Shown here: positions 52,802 to 61,904 of the stretch, piece after piece
Layout: every line of letters begins with the position of its first letter
How positions within the stretch are numbered: the first letter of the stretch is position 1
Source: Patescibacteria group bacterium
GTDB taxonomy: Bacteria > Patescibacteriota > Microgenomatia > UBA8517
Reading direction: 5' to 3'
DNA: 64,000 bases
NCBI GenBank assembly: GCA_026416845.1
Contig: JAOAEL010000007.1
Span: 78 to 64,077, forward strand
The notes under the pieces: model-generated
Told to the model about the DNA's origin: nothing
Seen by the model: only the letters and a program-made list of their open reading frames with translations
The model's database searches: none
Made by a program: the position numbers and the translations under genes

Positions 52802-53373
52802 AAAAGTTTCATTCTAAGATAGTATTTGCCTCTGTGAATTCTGGTTCTAATTGTGTTTATTGGCAAATTCATGGCAGTTGCAATTTTGGCATAAGACATA
52901 TTTTCTATATAAAATTCTCTAAGAGGTTTTTTGTACATTTCTGGCAGTTTTGACAAAGCTTTGATTAATCTTTTGATTTCTTCCATGTGAATAAGTTTAT
53001 CAAGCATTGATTCTTCAGATGTGGGGACATGGTTGGACAGTGCTACCAATTTCTTTTCTTTTTTGATGATATCATAGGCTGTATTTGTCATGATTTTGTA
53101 TATCCAAGGACGAAATGACCTTGTTTCATCGAACTTAGCTAAATTTTTATATGCCTTGACAAATGCGTCTTGAACGGCATCTTTGGCAAGTTCATCATCT
53201 TGTAGGATTATTTTTGCTTTTCTAAAAAGAGGCTGTTGATATTTTTTTACTAAAGCTTCAAAAGATTTAAGATCTCCGTTTTTGCTTCTTGTTACAAGTA
53301 AAATATCGTCAACCAAAGAAAATTCATCCTTCATACTCTTAAATACGATTATCTTGTTAAAAAGTTTCAGCAT
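52798..53373 (-). CDS. RNA polymerase sigma-70 factor, ECF subfamily
   Basis: Sigma region 2 (FEALVKKYQQPLF...DAVQDAFVKAY) and a region 4 HTH at the C-terminus. Confidence 0.8.
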   Translation of the reverse strand: MLKLFNKIIVFKSMKDEFSLVDDILLVTRSKNGDLKSFEALVKKYQQPLFRKAKIILQDDELAKDAVQDAFVKAYKNLAKFDETRSFRPWIYKIMTNTAYDIIKKEKKLVALSNHVPTSEESMLDKLIHMEEIKRLIKALSKLPEMYKKPLREFYIENMSYAKIATAMNLPINTIRTRIHRGKYYLRMKLL

Positions 53374-53518
53374 ATCCTGTTTTTACTTTATAACATAAAT
53401 AACATAATTGGCCACGTTTAAACTTGCCGTTGACAAACTCAAATGAAGCGGATTAGGATTAGTCAAGAATTTGGTTCTAGTTCAGAATAGTTCAAATTTA
53501 GACGGGGAGGTGAATTTG

Positions 53519-53695
53519 ATGAAATTTTATAGTGTTCAAATCAGAGAGTCGGTAGAAGTTCCAGACGATCAAGTGGAAGTGGTTACTATGAAAAATGGTA
53601 AGCTGGCGGCTAAAGCAAAAACCACTCATAATGGTCGTGAACTTAAGCTTTTTAAAATCTTAAGCAAAGAGGATGCCGCTCGCCTAAAGAAATAA
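53519..53695 (+). CDS. Small hypothetical protein of about 58 aa
   Basis: A strong SD (GGGGAGGTG) lies 7 nt upstream of an internal ATG. The annotated longer ORF (53471) is probably an over-extension. Confidence 0.35.
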   Translation: MKFYSVQIRESVEVPDDQVEVVTMKNGKLAAKAKTTHNGRELKLFKILSKEDAARLKK

Positions 53696-53760
53696 TAGTT
53701 AGATTTTTTGATCTAAAAATTGCAAAAATTTTCTAGTTTTTAGACTTTTAACTTTAAAAC

Positions 53761-53787
53761 AAAGATTACCTTTAAGTGGTAGTCTTT
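53761..53787. promoter_or_regulatory. Imperfect palindrome AAAGATTACC-N7-GGTAGTCTTT just upstream of the COG0523 GTPase gene; candidate metalloregulator operator
   Basis: Nine of ten positions are complementary between the arms. It sits 25-50 nt upstream of the likely ATG (53813) of a Zur-regulon-type gene. Confidence 0.3.
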
Positions 53788-54712
53788 GTTTGGTTTAACC
53801 ATATCTAAGTTTATGATTCCCGCTATTTTGATTACTGGTTTCTTGGGTAGTGGCAAAACTACTTTTGTGAATTATTTGCTTGCTAAGTACCCCAATATCA
53901 AGTTTTCTGTAATCTTAAACGAGTTTGGAGACATTAAATTAGAAAGCCAGTTTATCAAGTCTCATAAAAAAGATGTTATAGAACTTGCCAACGGGTGTAT
54001 GTGTTGTATAGCCAAAAGCGATGTCCCTAGAGTGATTGGTTTGATTCTGGAGAATTCTCCCCAGACAGAGTATTTGCTTATTGAAGCTTCAGGACTTTCA
54101 GATCCTGATCCAATACATGAATCCTTTAATGATCCGCGTGTTTTTGGCAAAGTTTTTCTTGCTAAAGTTGTTTGCATTGTTGACGCTTTGAATTTTTTGG
54201 AGATGAAAAATACTCACCCTACGATTATGGCTCAACTTTCTGATGCCGACTTGGCAGTTATATCAAAAGTCAAAGAAGCAGGAATTGAGAGATCTAATCA
54301 GATACAAAATTTAATTAAAAATCTCATGCCGCTTACTCGTGTAGTGTTGTTTGATGATTCATTTGATTCATCGGAGTTATTCGCCGTCAAAGCAAATTCT
54401 TTGTCAGATGATTATGAAAAAGACAAGAATGATCATCACCATGTGCATGAAAAGTTTAAGGAGTATTGGTTTGTTAGCAGTAATTCTTATTCTCGCAAGG
54501 ATATTGAGGATGCATATAAAAATTTGCCTGAATCAGTCTTGCGTTCAAAAGGTATTGTAGTCTCAAGAGATGGTAAGAAAATTTTGATTCAATATGTAAA
54601 AGGCAAGCTTGAGTTATTGGAAGCAAGCTGGAGTGAAGATGAAGAAAAGAAGACTCAAATACTTTTTATTGGCAAGGATTTTGATGAAAAAGAGATGGAA
54701 AAACTTTTTTGA
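53786..54712 (+). CDS. COG0523 G3E-family metallochaperone GTPase (CobW/ZigA/YeiR-like)
   Basis: GFLGSGKTT P-loop and a CMCC metal-binding motif. The likely true start is ATG at 53813. Confidence 0.75.
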   Translation: MFGLTISKFMIPAILITGFLGSGKTTFVNYLLAKYPNIKFSVILNEFGDIKLESQFIKSHKKDVIELANGCMCCIAKSDVPRVIGLILENSPQTEYLLIEASGLSDPDPIHESFNDPRVFGKVFLAKVVCIVDALNFLEMKNTHPTIMAQLSDADLAVISKVKEAGIERSNQIQNLIKNLMPLTRVVLFDDSFDSSELFAVKANSLSDDYEKDKNDHHHVHEKFKEYWFVSSNSYSRKDIEDAYKNLPESVLRSKGIVVSRDGKKILIQYVKGKLELLEASWSEDEEKKTQILFIGKDFDEKEMEKLF

Positions 54713-54779
54713 TTTCTTTGGAAGCTTCAAAGTTTAAGCAAATCAACATTTTTTTGTTGTTATGTTTTGGTCTTGAATT

Positions 54780-54795
54780 TTGCAACTGAGTTGCA
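54780..54795. promoter_or_regulatory. Inverted repeat TTGCAAC-TGA-GTTGCA upstream of the Fur-family gene; candidate autoregulatory operator
   Basis: Arms of 6-7 nt with a 3-nt spacer, about 24 nt upstream of the probable ATG at 54819. Confidence 0.3.
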
Positions 54796-55199
54796 TAAAA
54801 TGTTGTTTAGTTTATTGTATGAAAAGAAGTACTCCAGTTCGAAATAAGATTTTAAAACTGCTACGAGTGTGTAAATATCCACTTTCTGTTCCGGAAATTA
54901 ATAAAAAAGTAAAAGCAAACAAAACTACTATTTATAGGCAAATAGAATCCATGATCAAGGAAGGTATTTTGTTTAAATTTGATTTTGGGGATGGTGTGGT
55001 TCGTTATGAATCTGCTTCTAATGGCCATCATCATCATTTGATTTGTAATAATTGTGGAGAGATAGAAGGTGTAGTTCTTGATGACGATTTGACGAGAGAA
55101 GAAAAACTGATCTTTGAGAAAAGAAACTTTTTGGTCACAAGTCATATGCTTGAATTTTTTGGTTTCTGTAAAAATTGTCAGAGTGACACTAAAAGTTAA
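54780..55199 (+). CDS. zur: Fur-family transcriptional regulator (Zur-like)
   Basis: HTH region (PLSVPEINKKV...TIYRQIESMIKEGIL) plus HHHH and CNNCG metal sites. The real start is likely the ATG at 54819. Confidence 0.7.
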   Translation: MQLSCIKCCLVYCMKRSTPVRNKILKLLRVCKYPLSVPEINKKVKANKTTIYRQIESMIKEGILFKFDFGDGVVRYESASNGHHHHLICNNCGEIEGVVLDDDLTREEKLIFEKRNFLVTSHMLEFFGFCKNCQSDTKS

Positions 55200-55207
55200 T
55201 TTGTAAA

Positions 55208-56167
55208 ATGAGAATTGCTTTTGTAGGCAAAGGAGGAAGTGGCAAAAGTGCTTTATCTGCGCTTTTTGTAACTTATTTGTCAAACAAGTATCCAGAAAAA
55301 AATGTTTATGCGGTTGATGCAGATTTAAATATACATTTGCCAAGATATCTTGGTTTTAAGTTAAAGTCAAAAAATTTTACCTACTTATCTGATTCCAGAA
55401 GCATGCAGGATATAAGAAATTATTTAATAAATAAGAACACACGCATAAAACACGTTGATCATTTTAGAAAAACTACACCTCCTGCGATTGGTTCTAATAT
55501 TGTTGATTTAGCTGACAAGAATAACTACATATTTAAAAATTATGCCTTGAATCGAAAGAATATTTTCTTAAGTGTAGTGGGGACATATTCTAAAGGAAAA
55601 ATTGGGCAGAGTTGTTATCATGATCATTTGTCTATATTTGAAAACATACTATCGCATTCTTTGGATAGAAATTCATACTTGGTTGCTGATATGGTAGCTG
55701 GGATTGATGCTTTTTCTGGTAGTTTGTATGCGCAATTTGATATTTTGATTGTGGTGGTTGAACCAAGTAGAGCTTCTTTTGAAGTTTTTGATCAGTATTT
55801 AGATTTGGCTAAAGAAGCTGATATTCAAGATTTAATCAGAGTTGTTGGCAATAAAGCAAGAAGCGATGATGATGTGAAATATATTTTAAAATTAATTCCT
55901 AAAAAGTATTTGCTTGGAGTGTTTAGTTATTCAAAGCATGTAGAAAATGTAGATCGAGGAATTGAGAATTTAGATCTAAATAAATTAGAAAAAAACGATT
56001 TTGATGTTTTAGCTAATATAGATGCCTATATAAATAAGATTGTAGTTGATGAAAATTCAAGACTTCAAAGATTGTATGATGTGCATAGGAAATATGTTTC
56101 TCAAGATTACGTGTTGAAAAGATATGGAGACTTGACTTCACAAATAGATAATAATTTTAAGTTTTAA
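55208..56167 (+). CDS. CooC/MinD-family P-loop ATPase (metal-insertion accessory ATPase-like)
   Basis: Deviant Walker A (AFVGKGGSGKSAL), a CooC-like AVDADLN motif and a Cys-containing segment (GQSCYHDH). Confidence 0.6.
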   Translation: MRIAFVGKGGSGKSALSALFVTYLSNKYPEKNVYAVDADLNIHLPRYLGFKLKSKNFTYLSDSRSMQDIRNYLINKNTRIKHVDHFRKTTPPAIGSNIVDLADKNNYIFKNYALNRKNIFLSVVGTYSKGKIGQSCYHDHLSIFENILSHSLDRNSYLVADMVAGIDAFSGSLYAQFDILIVVVEPSRASFEVFDQYLDLAKEADIQDLIRVVGNKARSDDDVKYILKLIPKKYLLGVFSYSKHVENVDRGIENLDLNKLEKNDFDVLANIDAYINKIVVDENSRLQRLYDVHRKYVSQDYVLKRYGDLTSQIDNNFKF

Positions 56168-56172
56168 TATTT

Positions 56173-57600
56173 ATGAAATCTCCCGAGTTTGGTATTCACC
56201 ATAAAATGGTTTTTAGTGGTCAAGATGCTTTAATTAATTACTTTAATCCTGAGAGTCATCCACCGATTCCTTTAGTTGAGATTCCTAATGATTTGAATCC
56301 TTATTGCGAAGATAGAGTTCGTGTTTTTGGCAAGATAATGTCAGCCACTCCTCTTGCGAATGTTAAATGCTTGCCAGCTTACCATATGCTCGAACAAGCG
56401 TTAAAAGCAGGTAAACTTGCGAATATTGAGAGAATATATGAAAGTTCATCTGGGAATACTGCCTTTTCACTTACTGTAATTGCTCGCGCCTTGGGAATTG
56501 ATGATGTGAATATTTTTGTTTCTAGTTCAATTTCGCCTGAAAAATTAGCTTTTCTAAAACTTCTAGGCATAACTGTGATTGTAAACCAAGAGCCAATGTG
56601 TCCAGACCCAGAAGATCCAGAAAGCGGAATTAACAAGGCTAAAAATTACGCAATGCAGTTTCAAGGTTATTGCCCTTCTCAATATGATAATCCTATGAAT
56701 CCAGATGCGCATTATAGATGGACTGGCCCCCAAATATTTTGGCAGTTGGATGGCAATCTTCAAATATACGCTGCCACACTAGGCACTACTGGAACTATTT
56801 TAGGGAGTGGAAGGTTTCTCAAGGAACACTTGCCTAATTTAAAAGTAGTAGGTGTTGCAAGCGCTGAGGATAAAGTTCGACTGGGTCCTAGATCTAAAAA
56901 TTCTCTTAAAGAAATTGGTTTCCCTTGGCAAGAATTTGTTGATGTTGTTGTGGAAGTTGAAGACAAAGAAGCTTATGAATTAAGTTTAAAGTTGTTCCAA
57001 AGAGGGTTTATGGCTGGGCCTAGTTCAGGATTTAATTTAGCTGGTTTATATCGATACATAGAGGGGATAAAGCGTGATGGCAGTCTTGATTCTTTTAGGA
57101 ATTCTAGTGGCGAGATAGTTTGCGTGTGTATATTTCCGGATGGACCTTTACCTTACTTAAATTCTTATCAGACCAACGTTTCTAGTGAATTAATGTCTAA
57201 AGTGCTAAATGAGCATTTATTAAAGTCGGAATTATTGAAAGCTGAAATTCTCACTGATAGAGGTTTATATCCAGCTAATGTATTTGAGCTTTTGCAATCT
57301 GACAGAAATGTTGAAATATGGGATATTCGCAAAGAAATAGATTATGAAAGATTTAGAATACAAGGAGCAAAAAGAATAGATGTTGAATTAATTGAAAGTA
57401 TGACAGACGAAAAAATTGGCTATTTAACAAGAGAAAATATTTATGTTATTGTGGTCGATTGTGGGTTGGCAGATTTTAGTTATTCTGGAGTTTTAGCTTC
57501 AATGATTTTCAGAAAAGGAATAAACGCCTTTTATATGATAGGGGGGATGGATGATTGGTCAAAAGCTGGTTTTCCTGTAGATAGAGGGTATTTTAAGTAA
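56173..57600 (+). CDS. PLP-dependent cysteine synthase/CBS-family enzyme fused to a C-terminal rhodanese domain
   Basis: The N-terminal ~330 aa match O-acetylserine sulfhydrylase motifs (PLVEIPN, lysine in NVKCLP, SSSGNTAFSL, GTTGTILG). The C-terminal ~110 aa has rhodanese topology with an active-site-like Cys (VVDCGLADFS). Confidence 0.65.
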   Translation: MKSPEFGIHHKMVFSGQDALINYFNPESHPPIPLVEIPNDLNPYCEDRVRVFGKIMSATPLANVKCLPAYHMLEQALKAGKLANIERIYESSSGNTAFSLTVIARALGIDDVNIFVSSSISPEKLAFLKLLGITVIVNQEPMCPDPEDPESGINKAKNYAMQFQGYCPSQYDNPMNPDAHYRWTGPQIFWQLDGNLQIYAATLGTTGTILGSGRFLKEHLPNLKVVGVASAEDKVRLGPRSKNSLKEIGFPWQEFVDVVVEVEDKEAYELSLKLFQRGFMAGPSSGFNLAGLYRYIEGIKRDGSLDSFRNSSGEIVCVCIFPDGPLPYLNSYQTNVSSELMSKVLNEHLLKSELLKAEILTDRGLYPANVFELLQSDRNVEIWDIRKEIDYERFRIQGAKRIDVELIESMTDEKIGYLTRENIYVIVVDCGLADFSYSGVLASMIFRKGINAFYMIGGMDDWSKAGFPVDRGYFK

Positions 57601-58029
57601 ATAGCTGATTATCTTTTTTTTTATTTGCATAATTTATTTTTTACCACTAGTAATTAAAAAAGAATACTTTAATAATAACTCTTTTGACATGTTGGATTAT
57701 GAAGAAAGTAAAATTACACGAGTATATCAGTTACAGCAGGTAAAGATATTTTAGGGGTATTAAGTTAAACAGGCTCAAAAGTTAAAATTTGTTTGTTTGG
57801 TTAGAAGATCTCTGAAAATTTTCAAGATTTTTGTTGAATGTTTGTGGGTTTTTTTAATTTTTGGAATTTCCTTCTACGAAGAAGGTTAGTTGAGAAAACA
57901 ATTGACAAAGTTGGCAAAAAAGTGTTGCTCGAAAGATAGATTGCTTAAATTAATTATAGATAATGGGAAAAAGGTTGAACTATTTTTTTTGAGAATTTTT
58001 TGATATTATCTCTTGTGTTACCTTAAAAT

Positions 58030-59355
58030 TTGAGGCATTATTTTAATTGCATTTATTTTTTGTGTTTTAAAATTTCAAAATATATGAAAAAACTATTTTT
58101 AATTGCAGTTTTGTTTATCACTTTTTCTACCTTATCTTTTGGAACAATCAAGGCTCAAGAAAATAATCAAGCTTCAGACGAAGAACAATTACAACAATTA
58201 ATGGATGAGCAGATGCGACAGCAATTACCTCCACCTCCTAAAGAAGAAATTTTTAGAGCAAGAGTTGATGAAATTGTTGAGGAAGGCAATCGTGATATAG
58301 GTGGATATCAAAATATGTTTCAGAAAGTTAAGGTTCGCATTCTTGACGGAGCGGAAAAAGATTCTGTGCATGAGATTGAACATGGAGGGGCATTTAGAAT
58401 TACTGACCAGCAGAAGGTAAAAGCTGGCGATAATGTGGTTTTGCTAAAGTATACTCCGCCAGGAAGTGAATCGCAGTATCACATCGTAGATAAGTATAGG
58501 CTTGATGTTTTGTATGTTTTGTTGTTTGCTTTTTTTGTACTCATATTTACATTTAGTCGTTGGAAAGGAATTGGTTCGTTTTTGGGACTAATTCTTAGCT
58601 TTGTCATAATAATAAAATATATGGTGCCTCAAATAGTTGCGGGGACAGATCCTTTGCAGGTCAGCATCATATCCTCACTTATCATAATGACTACAACTAT
58701 TTATTTAGCTCATGGTTTTTCCAAACAAACAAGCGTTGCTCTTTTAGGTACTGCAATTAGTTTAGTTTTGACAGGTTTATTATCTATACTTATAGTTGAT
58801 CTTGCCAACCTTTCGGGTCTTGGAAGCGATGATGCGTATTCTTTGAGGCTTGGACAAACTGCTGATATAAATTTTAAAGGCTTGCTACTTGCTGGAATGA
58901 TAATTGGTGTTCTTGGCGTTTTAGATGATATTACCACTAGTTTATCCGCTTCTGTTTTTGAGGTGGCGAGAGCCAATCCAAAACAAAAATTTAAAGATCT
59001 TGTCGCAAGTGGCTTAAGAGTTGGGAGAGAACATGTGGCTTCTTTGGTGAATACTTTAATTTTGGCTTATGCAGGTTCCTCTTTGCCTATTCTTTTATTT
59101 ATTGTAATAAATCCGAACAATATTCCCCTTTGGGCTATTGTGAATAGCGAGCTTATTACTGAAGAAATTGTCAGGATGCTTTCTGGTTCGATTGGTCTTT
59201 TGACGGCAGTGCCTATCACAGTTTTACTTGCAGCAAAATTTGCGTCCAGAGAAACTCAGATTTCTGCTTTGGGTGATTTCAGAGCAAACAGCGAAGCAAG
59301 AGTTCGCTCTCGTGCTTCAAGTAAAAAAACTTTGCCAAAACCAAGGGCAAAATGA
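58030..59355 (+). CDS. Polytopic membrane protein, YibE/F-like
   Basis: Signal/anchor, a ~130-aa extracytoplasmic domain, then about 7 TM helices. The start is probably at 58084. Confidence 0.45.
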   Translation: MRHYFNCIYFLCFKISKYMKKLFLIAVLFITFSTLSFGTIKAQENNQASDEEQLQQLMDEQMRQQLPPPPKEEIFRARVDEIVEEGNRDIGGYQNMFQKVKVRILDGAEKDSVHEIEHGGAFRITDQQKVKAGDNVVLLKYTPPGSESQYHIVDKYRLDVLYVLLFAFFVLIFTFSRWKGIGSFLGLILSFVIIIKYMVPQIVAGTDPLQVSIISSLIIMTTTIYLAHGFSKQTSVALLGTAISLVLTGLLSILIVDLANLSGLGSDDAYSLRLGQTADINFKGLLLAGMIIGVLGVLDDITTSLSASVFEVARANPKQKFKDLVASGLRVGREHVASLVNTLILAYAGSSLPILLFIVINPNNIPLWAIVNSELITEEIVRMLSGSIGLLTAVPITVLLAAKFASRETQISALGDFRANSEARVRSRASSKKTLPKPRAK

Positions 59356-59734
59356 ATTTTCAGCTTTGTTTTTGCAAGTCAAATTGAAAAAAATTAAGCA
59401 GTAAAGTCTAAATGTCAGCCACTAAATTTTAAACAAGCTTTTGATAATTAGCTTTCAATAAATTTTTTTGGATCTAATGAGATATGTTCAAGCATGTGAG
59501 ATATCATGGCAAATATCCCAAATCCACAAAACAAAATAGTGAAAAAACATTGGTAATTGGTGCATAAATTAATATTTTTCTTATTTCAAGCTTTTTTATA
59601 GTCAGTTTGATGAATATTGTTTCAAATAAAACTACTTTATTTTCTATAAAAAGTGGATTTTAGATGGCAAGAATCGTTTGTTATATGTATAAATTTGATA
59701 TTGTTATGATATTAAAAATTATTACTTTTTTGTA

Positions 59735-60310
59735 ATGACAGCCAGGACACATGATGCATTTGCTTTTACCTCTTTAGTCACTGTGGCGACTATATTTCCG
59801 CCTGATCAAATAAATCTTTATACCTTTTTTGCTTGTATTATTGGCAATATCACTGGGGCTTTGATACCTGATTTAGATGATCAAGGAAATCGGCTTTGGG
59901 ATTTGATGCCTGCTGGGAATTTGTTTGGCAAAATTTTCAGAAGAATATTTTACAAACACAGAACCATATCTCACTCGCTTTTGGGTATGTGTTTGGTTTA
60001 TAAATTCTTTGAATGGTTGCTTCCCAAAATTCTAAACCCTGAGTTTATAGATCCGACTCTTTTGCTTTACTCAATAATGATTGGCTTTGTGTCTCATCTT
60101 GTTGTAGATGCTCTCACCAAAGATGGCATTCCACTTTTTTTCCCATTCAAACCGAATATTGGTTTTCCTCCTTTTGAAGCTTTGAGAGTTCGAACTGGAA
60201 GTTGGGTTGAAAATTTTGTGGTTATGCCGTCTCTTGGAGTATATTTTATTTGGTTTATTAGTAACCATACTGAACAGATTAAGATTTTATTGGAGTCTAT
60301 TAAGACTTAA
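59735..60310 (+). CDS. Membrane-bound metal-dependent hydrolase (DUF457/YdjM-like)
   Basis: His-rich motifs (RTHDAF, HRTISHSLLG, SHLVVDALTKDG) typical of DUF457. Confidence 0.5.
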   Translation: MTARTHDAFAFTSLVTVATIFPPDQINLYTFFACIIGNITGALIPDLDDQGNRLWDLMPAGNLFGKIFRRIFYKHRTISHSLLGMCLVYKFFEWLLPKILNPEFIDPTLLLYSIMIGFVSHLVVDALTKDGIPLFFPFKPNIGFPPFEALRVRTGSWVENFVVMPSLGVYFIWFISNHTEQIKILLESIKT

Positions 60311-61037
60311 GTTTTCTTGCGACGGCGATTATTCCGTTTCCGATAAACAAGTTAGTGTAATTCAAAAAAAATTGTTCAATTCTTGTAAGCGCAATCATGA
60401 TTTTATTTATCAAAGTATTCACTTTTGTTACTGCCGTTTGAGAATTATTTCTACCTGATATTTGCCATAGGATGTGTTTAATCAAAGCAGGCAAGAAAAG
60501 AAAAAAATTGATGTAGCTTAATTTTTCGATTTTGAATTTTGTTTGCGCTAGCATTTCTTTTACCTCAGAAATGAAGTATCTTTTTTTGATATGTACCCAC
60601 TTATCGTGTTCAGAGGCAAGCCATGGTATTGCTGATGCTCGCATTATTAAAATCCCATTTGGTTTTAATACTCTAAAAATTTCAGACAAAGCTTTTTGTT
60701 CGTTATCAACTTCGGCAAGATTTATGACATCTATGCATGTTACGATATCAAAATAATTATTTGGGTATGGTATCTTTGTAACGGAGCCGATTTTGACATT
60801 TATGTTTCTTTTTTTTGCATATTTTATTGCTTCTTTTGATAAATCTATTCCATACACTCTACCCAATGCAGACATTTTTTTTGCCAAAAGTCCGGCGCCG
60901 CAACCTGCATCAAGTATTTTGGGATTTTTTTTGCGTGAATATTTTTTAATCAAAGAGATAACAATTGAATGAATACCAACATAGTAAAAATGAGTGGCTT
61001 CGTTTTTGTATATATTTTCGTATTCGGCAGATTCCAT
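60300..61037 (-). CDS. Class I SAM-dependent methyltransferase
   Basis: ILDAGCGAGLLA motif I and VLKPNGILIM. Confidence 0.7.
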   Translation of the reverse strand: MESAEYENIYKNEATHFYYVGIHSIVISLIKKYSRKKNPKILDAGCGAGLLAKKMSALGRVYGIDLSKEAIKYAKKRNINVKIGSVTKIPYPNNYFDIVTCIDVINLAEVDNEQKALSEIFRVLKPNGILIMRASAIPWLASEHDKWVHIKKRYFISEVKEMLAQTKFKIEKLSYINFFLFLPALIKHILWQISGRNNSQTAVTKVNTLINKIMIALTRIEQFFLNYTNLFIGNGIIAVARKLKS

Positions 61038-61073
61038 TATTTGTTAGATGTTTTAATCTAAAAGTTTCAAATT

Positions 61074-61787
61074 TTATTTTGGAAGCATTAATTCAATCCA
61101 TAATTTTGCTAATTCTGCCAAAGTTTTGGCTAATTTATGTGGCTTGAAAAATTGAGAACTGCCATGTTTTCTCTCGTAGTGGTGCACTGATACTTGTCTG
61201 AAAACAGCGCCTTGATTTTGAGCTTTTTTTACAAGTTCCACGCAAATTGCCCCGCTTTTTATTTTCAGATCCAGTTTTTTCACAAGATTTGCTCTTATGA
61301 GTCTGAAATCGCAATCAACATCATAAACCGGTAACCAAAAAGCCCATCTTACGACAAAGCTATAGAAATTGCCCAAAAAAATTCTGTATGTTGGATCTTT
61401 GCGAGCCATTTTCATGCCATTCACGAAATCTACGTCATCTGTCATGAGTTGATACAGAAGTGGCAGTTCTTTTACATCATATTGCCCATCGCCGTCGGTG
61501 TAAAAAATTAAATCTTTTGATGCCGTTTTAAAGCCGCTTATTAGCGCTCCGCCATATCCTTGATTTTTTTCATGAAATACTAGTTTTAGATTTTTATATT
61601 TTTTTTGCAATTTTTTAAGTGTATCCCTGCTTTTATCAGTAGAACCGTCATCTATGACTATAACTTCATAATTATCTGCCAATTTTTTTGCCACGCTAAA
61701 TGCGTCTTCAACTAATTTGCCAATTGAGTGTTCATCGTTATAGCAAGGGAAAAAAATGCTAAGCGATGGTTTTTGGGAAGTGGACAT
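61074..61787 (-). CDS. Family 2 glycosyltransferase (dolichyl/polyprenyl-phosphate sugar synthase-like)
   Basis: GT-A motifs (IFFPCYNDE, VIVIDDGSTDKS, DGDGQYD). Confidence 0.75.
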   Translation of the reverse strand: MSTSQKPSLSIFFPCYNDEHSIGKLVEDAFSVAKKLADNYEVIVIDDGSTDKSRDTLKKLQKKYKNLKLVFHEKNQGYGGALISGFKTASKDLIFYTDGDGQYDVKELPLLYQLMTDDVDFVNGMKMARKDPTYRIFLGNFYSFVVRWAFWLPVYDVDCDFRLIRANLVKKLDLKIKSGAICVELVKKAQNQGAVFRQVSVHHYERKHGSSQFFKPHKLAKTLAELAKLWIELMLPK

Positions 61788-61904
61788 AATTTTTTGAAAA
61801 ATTGAAATCTAAAGTTGATTATAACTTATTACCATCCTTTTTAGGTGGAAATTTATGTATAAGGCTTGATTAGTAATTTTTAGTGGAATAAATAGAGAAA
61901 CAGA

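Noticed and set aside
53471-53695. Zinc-independent ribosomal protein paralog (L33/L31/L28-like) upstream of the Zur cluster
   Set aside because: I compared it with remembered L33, L31, L28, L36 and S14 sequences and found no convincing match. It is kept as a hypothetical small protein.
59735-61787. Possibility that the three genes upstream of the CRISPR array are cas genes
   Set aside because: Their translations carry clear DUF457 hydrolase, class I SAM-methyltransferase and GT-A glycosyltransferase motifs. None resembles Cas1, Cas2, Cas4 or an effector.
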